From Flavobacteriia bacterium (GTDB lineage Bacteria; Bacteroidota; Bacteroidia; Flavobacteriales; Flavobacteriaceae): a stretch of 46,443 nt of DNA. This document shows, in pieces, positions 40,801-46,443 of the stretch. The stretch's first letter is position 1; each line of letters opens with the position of its first letter. The DNA lies in assembly GCA_030617765.1 (NCBI GenBank), contig JAUWUU010000001.1, forward strand, positions 1 through 46,443, in the 5' to 3' direction. The notes beneath the pieces were generated by a model. That model was not told the origin of the DNA and searched no databases. It saw nothing but the letters and a program-made list of their open reading frames with translations. The position numbers and the translations under genes are program-made.

Positions 40801-41539
40801 TATCCTTAACAATTACCGGATTAAACAATTCTTCTTTTAAAAGTTTAATGGCTGTATTTGAACTTCCACTAACTACTGTTTTTAGAAATCCATTCAATCC
40901 TTTAAAGTTGATTGTTTGTTCAGAACGGGTAAGAAAATCTTTTTTCTCGGCAGCAGTAGTATAATGTGAACTCTGGATTACCATTTGATCAAAAACATCT
41001 AACAGAAAATTCCATTGCGCTTCTTCAACTTTATCTTTAACACCAATAACTTCGCGAAATTTACGAAGTTCCGAAACCTGATCTCCCAATAAGATCTGAT
41101 ACCTGAAATTTAAATTGGGTTGCGTTACAGGTGGGGTGCCAACAGAATAATCATGACAACTCAAAATATTTCTAGCTTGCTCCTGTTCTTCTTCATTAAT
41201 AGCTTCAGTATCGATCAATGAGATTAACCTTTGATGAAAAAGATTCTTCTTAGTACGGTATTCAAAAGCCTTAGATTCATCATGAGGAAACAACATCAAT
41301 GATACATCAACATAACCCGGAATTGACTCTTTAAGTTCAAGTAATTGTCTGTCAATTTCTTTATGCTGAAGTATAGGATCATCTGGCTCTTCATAACACA
41401 AATGTGTAAACGACTTCAAATTATCTATAATGTGCCTTGGTAAAAAGTTTTCAGCACGTTGCCCCAATGACAGATATAAATCTATAAAATCACGAATATC
41501 TTCTCTTAAACTTAACTTTGGTTTACCTACAATTCTCAT
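34892..41539 (-). CDS. 2215-aa multidomain protein: class I/II PLP aminotransferase-fold domain fused to a C-terminal PEP carboxykinase-like P-loop domain
   Basis: PANPSG (N676), LDEAY (D705), STTKNFGATGDRLG (K750), GFLRFS (R986); YYGNIKK, PIHG (H1679), GDSGVGKS (1699-1706), IAGDM (D1733), TEVG, NSR. Confidence 0.85.
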   Translation of the reverse strand: MRIVGKPKLSLREDIRDFIDLYLSLGQRAENFLPRHIIDNLKSFTHLCYEEPDDPILQHKEIDRQLLELKESIPGYVDVSLMLFPHDESKAFEYRTKKNLFHQRLISLIDTEAINEEEQEQARNILSCHDYSVGTPPVTQPNLNFRYQILLGDQVSELRKFREVIGVKDKVEEAQWNFLLDVFDQMVIQSSHYTTAAEKKDFLTRSEQTINFKGLNGFLKTVVSGSSNTAIKLLKEELFNPVIVKDIDFTDEERLFKVINEDKTSIFAIRIPFLRKNLFNHSRWFPLLTRMIFIDTSDISKSTNTTLVFCLHNKIIQTLNKVHTKKLGALANSQLNLRLILEKVSTKNLEHFKSLIQTKIDDYSNEIDQLKQEQLGLIDNLEKDIVLFKFDEFSRQILKDKYTLEKLRDYMDMILNCTSIDSIKKQNKQLIQEFEERTKKYFYSENDHVEIATIVEGGGRNQIKTYGEYLLQRKLKPVDQEIIDRCRVILNVIPDTYQRTLKNHFHKNFGLNLFLEKYKQYLIKAENEADNTGRFNNFLIDLGVYEKYNSLNTKGQDIIKEFISNLSNLNKTSISDDVQMIIRDVLFGKEDKVLKPYILFNKYSSWEYMDLFPTDRFDINPFDLEIGINEEGRIDYDRLTTRLERMKKTFQVFDESGNLWDSFCENLTIVINDPANPSGYSDFNNQSLLRFLKFISSSKITLFLDEAYNDSVKIDDENEPKWRTISRYVMNNLNQQYARINLVSSISTTKNFGATGDRLGSIIATPAKRDVIKFARRQNSVEKGNTNSLFMLVNVLENAQLAKSIKDNLEERLPKNASRNKIKLRIEQYIISEIESYHRKQKTKNSKELLRFSPFEGSPLHLFLLNELVALDKLDVLELPDDFKYKDEVFFTYYQKQLVKDINTFRVNKNFRNEALLRLKIAKETAAELLEGEAGEHAKIIASDGSFLFNIQLNNFFSYQDLEKFTKKLAESRGIAVIPYQTGFLRFSMGDYLDGTAKGYEIFRNEFKNALEIVLKYWIKFFNAKNSENNKELSSDEILDDLFKTGSDRQFIKKVLEDFHSIKKLKKSLSNSLRINNVWTLYHASPSMSGVSINSIGDSKNSVIEFSEDIGKCNDLVSFIRSIAFTSVYENLLPQIYKNIPMIKHLDFGTILARYGKSTLLKYITNKLEYQPTNYVLDAPEDDIIMSEILLQMENILFSPRKTKILTINSTGKHSDDIERLEGINILLRKHIQELMLHFNLPFENDPVEPSLVELVEKSMDTFEKVVGIKATNINLSYSLKQITESIYNSLSDKEIKVGQKLFGLIEKLINEKVLDSRIEANDRITRLYLLNRKNFFKNKIEALVERFNHQLKDLGDLEIESIIGEFLQKVLPSEIEEIWNQVIDSGKQNIEEESLHSEIRLFTLFIINLMNQTKNNEHYDRYTHSVISLTEAEFVQQNSSINEMVQHGITVHKNFERKDHPLEKYDKGSLKWIVDLMWESGVIGTEKDVQTHTRIATDAKKREYAFHKIDRVEHADKKKLKEVALAISDENSQEYIKFLNTRPLGDFFVNRLRKFVSNMDMGDYRCKIFNGGLLNELFIFHKSFMKYMADNYRLLDLQDAGIDDVVNFVPDTICIYGAPEKVISFPRVGYFDIKGPGGNIKTIVIPHNQKGDYYGNIKKPRLTVLNEKVKEMGGIPIHGSMFAVEEEDGAVFVIHIAGDSGVGKSEMLAAMMLKWMKKNLTGVHSLKMIAGDMFHIFPDVNGNLYGIGTEVGDFSRVTDFDPEYIKYYYSLFQSSADSNVEDLNSRSTISGLCDVRMPYKIDIMLTASNYSREEAGIVRYENPENFILYRNSHGERKEKATSGDNPHFQRTLMRYTGDKHIVDILDVHGSYIDDVLDWELEEFTGKYYLCSSFKMIDKIDIEEIINKIFVGKKFVKDNSEVLIKKVNFDIIKNRFIALGNKDVNVIIDRGLFNQIFNALASTPAGQPFINEDGELNASKHLIEVLKTGEGKKIQLGILSTDIGRKGKEITGPQIAAEDMRKLIREVRISRPEINQNKNKVKKLIHERYQYIFNDHKSNSEIYRYNFWLWQMEKMRNAKFVRIDNPKKEVDLSKLNNYKDKDQSFSPLLLTPNMNIELSSFSETYLQLMNLPDITEFALEFNKVADKLYIAEGYNEETVVNNMILQLLLMNGYILIIDLTRGSIIEKVNRETIAAAKYAALEILDNIKTSKKSNN

Positions 41540-41587
41540 TTTTAAAATATTAAATTAACAAAGGAGTTTATTCCTTTATCCAACCTA

Positions 41588-41595
41588 CAAAAATA
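41588..41595 (-). promoter_or_regulatory. Sigma-A -7 element for the 2215-aa gene
   Basis: TATTTTTG on the minus strand, about 50 bp upstream of the ATG. Confidence 0.55.
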
Positions 41596-41879
41596 AAGGT
41601 TTTTTCTAGCACACCCAACATAAAAAATCTAAAAAAAATGCTAATCTTTTTGATTTATTCAAAATATCTGTACAAAATTTATTAATAAGATAATTCTTAA
41701 TAAAAAAGACCGAAATGACACTTCTTAATTGTCAAAAATCGGTTTAGTTATATGATAGGTTGTAAGATAGTTGGATGAATGATATTATTAATAATTTGTT
41801 AAAATAATCTGATGATATTCACTATTTGGCTGAATAATGTTAACTTGGTCTTTCAATTCTACAAAAAACATTCTGCTTT

Positions 41880-43406
41880 ATGAACCTTAACAGACGTAAT
41901 TTTATTAAAACAAGTACAGCTGCTGCTGCCGGCACCATGATATTGCCACCTTTTTTACAATCATACCAAAACATTCAAAATTCTACAGATGTGAATAATT
42001 ATATGGATCATTTTGAGGTAACAACCGAACTAATGCAAAAAGTAATTTCAGAAGCAATGTCAAAGGGTGGTAATTATGCCGATCTTTTCTTTGAACATAA
42101 AATCTCCAATTCCCTTGGGCTTGAAGATGGAAAAGTAAACAAAGCCTATTCTAATGTTGATTATGGTGTTGGTATAAGGGTATTGAAAGGTGACCAGACC
42201 GGTTACGCCTATTCTGAAACTATTGATGCTACATCTATGCTAAATGCGGCTCGCATGGCAGCCAATATAGCAAACAACCCTAAACAATTTAGTTTAAATA
42301 CGGTTAATGTAAAAGCCCCTGCCGATTACTACAAAATCTCACAAAAATGGGAAAATGTATCTGTAAAAGACAAGGTCCCTTTTGTACAAAAAATTAATGA
42401 TAAGGTTTTTGAGCTTGACAAAAAGGTAATCAAAGCCAAAGCTTTTTTATGGGATGAAACAAGCTATGTGCTCTTTTATAATTCTGAAGGTACACTTTCT
42501 TATGATTATCGGCCACTTGTGAGTTTTGGGGCTGTATGCACCATGCAACGCGGTGATCAAATTGAAAACACTTTTAGTGGCCGTTCTTACAGAAAAGGCT
42601 TTGAATGGCTTTCAAATGATCTTGTTAATACTCTGGCAAAAGACGTTGTGGATAAAACTAATATTCTTTTTGATGCCACCAAACCAAAAGCAGGTGAAAT
42701 GCCTGTAGTACTCGGTGCTGGTAGCTCAGGAATTTTACTGCACGAAGCTATCGGCCATACTTTTGAAGCTGATTTTAACCGAAAAAAAACTTCCATTTTT
42801 AGTGATAAGATGGGTAAAAAAGTTGCTGAGAACTTTATTAATATTATAGATGATGGTACCCTTGAAAACAATCGCGGTGCAATCAATATTGACGATGAAG
42901 GAAATGAAGTTAAAAAAACCTATCTAGTAAAAGATGGCGTACTGAATAGTTATATACACGACCGTATCAGTGCGCAACACTATAATGTTGAACCAACAGG
43001 CAGTGGAAGAAGGGAATCTTTCAGGTATATACCACTTCCAAGAATGCGATCAACTTATATGGAAGCTGGACCACATACCCGTGAAGAAATTTTTGAAAAT
43101 GTAGATTACGGTATATATGTAGATAATTTTACAAATGGACAGGTGAAAATTGGTGCAGGAGATTTTACTTTTTTTGTAAAATCAGGTTATCTAATAGAAA
43201 AAGGGAAACTTACACAACCGATAAAAGACATAAATATTATTGGAAACGGCCCACGGGCACTTGCCGATATTTCAATGGCTGCCGATGATTATCTCGCCGA
43301 TAATGGATTGTGGACATGTGGTAAAGACGGACAGTCGATTCCTGTAACAATGGGATTACCTACAGTGCTTATTAAAAAATTAACCGTTGGCGGAACCAAT
43401 GTTTAA
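41880..43406 (+). CDS. tldD: TldD metalloprotease with twin-arginine signal peptide
   Basis: LLHEAIGHTFEAD (HExxxH), IDDEG, PRMRSTY, CGKDGQ metal cysteine; N-terminal NRRNFIK plus hydrophobic stretch. Confidence 0.92.
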   Translation: MNLNRRNFIKTSTAAAAGTMILPPFLQSYQNIQNSTDVNNYMDHFEVTTELMQKVISEAMSKGGNYADLFFEHKISNSLGLEDGKVNKAYSNVDYGVGIRVLKGDQTGYAYSETIDATSMLNAARMAANIANNPKQFSLNTVNVKAPADYYKISQKWENVSVKDKVPFVQKINDKVFELDKKVIKAKAFLWDETSYVLFYNSEGTLSYDYRPLVSFGAVCTMQRGDQIENTFSGRSYRKGFEWLSNDLVNTLAKDVVDKTNILFDATKPKAGEMPVVLGAGSSGILLHEAIGHTFEADFNRKKTSIFSDKMGKKVAENFINIIDDGTLENNRGAINIDDEGNEVKKTYLVKDGVLNSYIHDRISAQHYNVEPTGSGRRESFRYIPLPRMRSTYMEAGPHTREEIFENVDYGIYVDNFTNGQVKIGAGDFTFFVKSGYLIEKGKLTQPIKDINIIGNGPRALADISMAADDYLADNGLWTCGKDGQSIPVTMGLPTVLIKKLTVGGTNV

Positions 43407-43454
43407 TTTTTATACAAACTAATTATTGATAATAACATTTGAAAAATAATTATA

Positions 43455-44774
43455 ATGACCAAAGAGGAGAAGTATTCACTAGCTAAATGGGCTGTAAACC
43501 ATGCTCTCAAAAATGGTGCACAAAACGCAAAAGTAAATATTTACGATAGCCAGAACAGCAGCGTTAAAGTAAGAGCTGAAAAAATTGATAAGCTTGAACA
43601 ATCAACACAAAGCGGTTTAAGTATTTCATTGTATGTTGACAAGAAATATTCAGCTCACTCAACCAATAGACTGAACAACAAAAATGAGTTAAAAAGATTT
43701 ATTGAAAATGCAATTGAAGGCACAAAATTTCTTGCAGAAGATGAGTTTCGCACATTACCAGAACCCCATCTGTATTTCAAAGGAAATGAAAAGGATCTCA
43801 GCACCTTTGACAATGGATTTTTATCGCTTAACCCCCAGGAAAAGGTAAATGCAGTATTCAATATTGAAAAAGAAGTGTTAGGGAAAGATGATCGGATAAT
43901 CTCTGTAACGGCAAGTTACTACGATGGAATGAGCAGTAGTGTTATGGTTACAAGCAATGGTTTTGAAGGTGATAGAGCAAACACTTATTACAGTCTGAAT
44001 GCTTCTGTATCAGTAAAAGGTGATGATGCACGTCCGGAATCTTATTGGACTGAAAGTGCCATTTTTAATGATCAATTAAAAAAAGAAGGCATTGGAGAAA
44101 TCGCCCTTAAAAGAGCTTTGAAAAAAATCGGACAAACTAAGATCGAATCCGATAAAATGACCATGATCGTTGAAAATAGATTGGCCAGCAGAAGTCTTAG
44201 TCCATTAATTTCTGCTTTAAATGGTTCGGCAATACAACAAAAAAATTCATTCCTTGTCGATGAACTTGGAAACAAAATTGGATCAGATAAATTAACCCTT
44301 ATTGATGATCCTTTTATAATCTCAGGCAGGGGTTCAAGGTTATTTGATGGCGAAGGTCTTGCATTAAAAAAACGAACCATCTTTGAAAAAGGGGTTTTAA
44401 AAAGCTATTATATCGATACCTATTATGGTAAAAAACTTAAGATGGATCCAACTTCCGGTAGTACAACAAATCTTGTAATGACCCCCGGAAAAAGAACTAT
44501 GGAAGAAATGATCGCTACTCTAGACAGAGGAATTCTTATTACCGGTTTCAATGGAGGTAATACGAACGGCACAACAGGTGATTATTCTTATGGTATTGAC
44601 GGTTTTCTTATTGAAAAAGGAAAGATCGTAAAACCTGTTTCGGAAATGAATATTACAGGCAATATGAAGCAACTTTGGATGAACTTAACTGAAGTTGGAA
44701 ATGATGTTTATAAGAATTCTTCCTGGAGAATGCCATCACTAATGTTTAAGGATATTGATTTTAGTGGAATTTAA
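43455..44774 (+). CDS. pmbA: PmbA/TldE non-catalytic partner subunit
   Basis: SFL..LG.KI.S, FDGEG, NGTTGDYS, PVSEMNITGN; no HExxxH and no signal peptide. Confidence 0.9.
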   Translation: MTKEEKYSLAKWAVNHALKNGAQNAKVNIYDSQNSSVKVRAEKIDKLEQSTQSGLSISLYVDKKYSAHSTNRLNNKNELKRFIENAIEGTKFLAEDEFRTLPEPHLYFKGNEKDLSTFDNGFLSLNPQEKVNAVFNIEKEVLGKDDRIISVTASYYDGMSSSVMVTSNGFEGDRANTYYSLNASVSVKGDDARPESYWTESAIFNDQLKKEGIGEIALKRALKKIGQTKIESDKMTMIVENRLASRSLSPLISALNGSAIQQKNSFLVDELGNKIGSDKLTLIDDPFIISGRGSRLFDGEGLALKKRTIFEKGVLKSYYIDTYYGKKLKMDPTSGSTTNLVMTPGKRTMEEMIATLDRGILITGFNGGNTNGTTGDYSYGIDGFLIEKGKIVKPVSEMNITGNMKQLWMNLTEVGNDVYKNSSWRMPSLMFKDIDFSGI

Positions 44775-44823
44775 TATTTTAATCCTACTTGTTTCATAAA
44801 TTCCATTATAAAAAAATAGTGAA

Positions 44824-45720
44824 TTGGGAATTGTAAATAAAATAATTGACAGGGCGTATAAAAAAGCTAAAACTGTATCCATAAACAAAGATTCTAAGAT
44901 CATCTTTTTTAGTGATCTGCACAAAGGAGATAATAGTTATGCCGATGATTTTACCCATAATTACAAGATCTACAATCAAGCTTTAAAAGAATATTTTAAA
45001 AATGATTTCACTTATATTGAAGTAGGTGATGGTATTGAACTATGGGAAAACAGTTCTTTTGAGCCCATTTTTTTAGCACATGAAAACACTTTTAATTTAT
45101 TAAAATTATTTAATAAAAAAGGAAAATTACACATGATTTGGGGTAATCATGATATGGAATTTAGAAATCCTTTAAAAGTTGAGAAAGTGTTGCGTAGTTT
45201 TTTCATACCTAAGAATATTGTCGCTAAAGACCAGTACTTTGATCTTGAATATTATGAGAGTTTGTTATTAGAAATTGAAAATACTAAAAAGAACATCTTT
45301 GTTTTACATGGCCATCAGGCCGATTATATGAATTATATTCACTGGAAATTTAGTCGCTTTTTTGTACGCTATTTTTGGAAATACATGCAAAAATGGTTTG
45401 GTATTAGTGATCCTACCAGCCCTGCCAAGAATTATACTTCTTTGATCCGTGTTGAGAAAAAGATCAATAAATGGATTGTTAAAAATAAAAATCAAATGGT
45501 GATATGCGGACATACACACCGGCCTCGTTTTCCAGATCCCGGGGATCTGCCTCATTTTAATACTGGAAGTTGTGTTCATCCTGAATCGATCATTGGTATT
45601 GAAATTAATAACCTAAAGATCTCTTTAGTAAAATGGTATCAAATTACCAATAATGACAAAACCGTAAAAATTGTTAAAACGATACTAGAAGGGCCAACTG
45701 ATTTAGAAAAATTTTTGTAA
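44824..45720 (+). CDS. Calcineurin-like metallophosphoesterase (LpxH-like superfamily)
   Basis: SDLH, GD, GNHD, HGH, GHTH motifs; TTG start. Confidence 0.88.
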   Translation: MGIVNKIIDRAYKKAKTVSINKDSKIIFFSDLHKGDNSYADDFTHNYKIYNQALKEYFKNDFTYIEVGDGIELWENSSFEPIFLAHENTFNLLKLFNKKGKLHMIWGNHDMEFRNPLKVEKVLRSFFIPKNIVAKDQYFDLEYYESLLLEIENTKKNIFVLHGHQADYMNYIHWKFSRFFVRYFWKYMQKWFGISDPTSPAKNYTSLIRVEKKINKWIVKNKNQMVICGHTHRPRFPDPGDLPHFNTGSCVHPESIIGIEINNLKISLVKWYQITNNDKTVKIVKTILEGPTDLEKFL

Positions 45721-45825
45721 CTTTATAACATACTATACCAATTTATATTTCTTTTTAAAAGCGTTGATTAAGAGCATAATGATGAATGTGAAATAGCATT
45801 CTGATAATTATATTTATTTTAATCT

Positions 45826-46443
45826 ATGGATCTTAAAAAGTTCTTCTCGGAACTAAAAAGGCGTGAAGTCTATAAGATTGCTATTGCCTATGGAATAACG
45901 GCATGGCTTATTGCGCAAATATCAGGTCTTGTATCCACCAGTTTTGAGTTTCCATCCTGGGTCATGCAAATGATTATTACAATTTTAATTATCGGATTTC
46001 CAATTGCAATGATCCTTTCATGGGTATTTGAAGTTAGCTCAAAAGGAATTAGAAAAACAGCACCTTTAGCATCTGATGGTTCAGATGAGCATAAACCTAT
46101 GGAAACAAGATTGGTAATCGGTATTCTTGTTTTGATCAGTTTATTGATGGTTGGAGGCTGGTGGACATGGCAAAAATTTGGCTTTGATAAAAGTCCGCCA
46201 ATCAGAAATTTGGTGGTACTTCCTTTTGACAATTATACCGGTAATGATGAATATGAATATTTTGTTGCCGGAATGCATTCTTCCTTAATTCAGGATATCG
46301 GAAAGGTTGGTGAACTTACGGTAAAATCAAAAATTACCGCTAACTCGTTTAAAGAAACTGATCTGTCCCTTCCGGAAATTGCATCTGAACTGGGTATAGA
46401 TGCAGCAGTTGAAGGTTCTATCACATGTATGGGTGAAGATTCT
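45826..46443 (+). CDS. 5' part of a membrane-anchored TolB-like / adenylate-cyclase-associated protein (probably TPR-containing), truncated by window end
   Basis: Not in ORF track. Open from ATG at 45826 to the end: MDLKKFFSELKRREVYKIAIAYGITAW..GFP...SWVFE, a third TM, then LVVLPFDN...EYFVAGM...IASELGIDAAVEGS. Confidence 0.85.
   Translation, partial: MDLKKFFSELKRREVYKIAIAYGITAWLIAQISGLVSTSFEFPSWVMQMIITILIIGFPIAMILSWVFEVSSKGIRKTAPLASDGSDEHKPMETRLVIGILVLISLLMVGGWWTWQKFGFDKSPPIRNLVVLPFDNYTGNDEYEYFVAGMHSSLIQDIGKVGELTVKSKITANSFKETDLSLPEIASELGIDAAVEGSITCMGEDS

Noticed and set aside
34892-41539. Giant ORF as an NRPS/PKS or an assembly chimera
   Set aside because: No adenylation, condensation, ketosynthase or carrier motifs; the frame is continuous with no visible junction, although read-level confirmation was not possible.
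3077-45579. Many 60-160 aa ORFs nested in or antisense to long genes (e.g. 5152-5538, 17632-18108, 42587-42886)
   Set aside because: They overlap well-supported genes and show the S/I/F-rich composition typical of antisense frames or are short alternate frames.
45888-46232. 114-aa minus-strand ORF
   Set aside because: Antisense shadow of the recognisable + strand gene starting at 45826.

Overview
AT-rich, gene-dense chromosomal segment of a Bacteroidota bacterium, very likely Flavobacteriaceae (gldB/gldC, a remB-like tail, porG, T9SS cargo, TAnnTTTG promoters). Bases 1-30.4 kb are mostly core genes: pdhB, etfBA, nupG-thyA-folA, sppA, a folK-dNK fusion, gldBC, nadE, dnaG, tig-clpP-clpX, pdxJ, NAD kinase and porG-uppS-bamA-skp-skp. 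Right of the skp terminator are a hairpin-rich non-coding stretch, a T9SS-secreted CrtC/lipocalin-fold protein, a methyltransferase, DUF4251, thiL, a 2215-aa protein, tldD/pmbA, a metallophosphoesterase and a truncated TolB-like membrane protein. The best candidate for an undescribed system is the 2215-aa protein: an apparently intact PLP aminotransferase domain fused to a domain that keeps the PEP carboxykinase metal and nucleotide motifs, suggesting aspartate-oxaloacetate-PEP channelling or regulation. Other leads are a Tat-signal TldD with a signal-less PmbA, tandem O-glycosylation sequons at the BamA N-terminus, and several regulatory motifs. I saw no rRNA, tRNA, CRISPR array or transposase. 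All calls come from reading motifs by eye; no searches were run.
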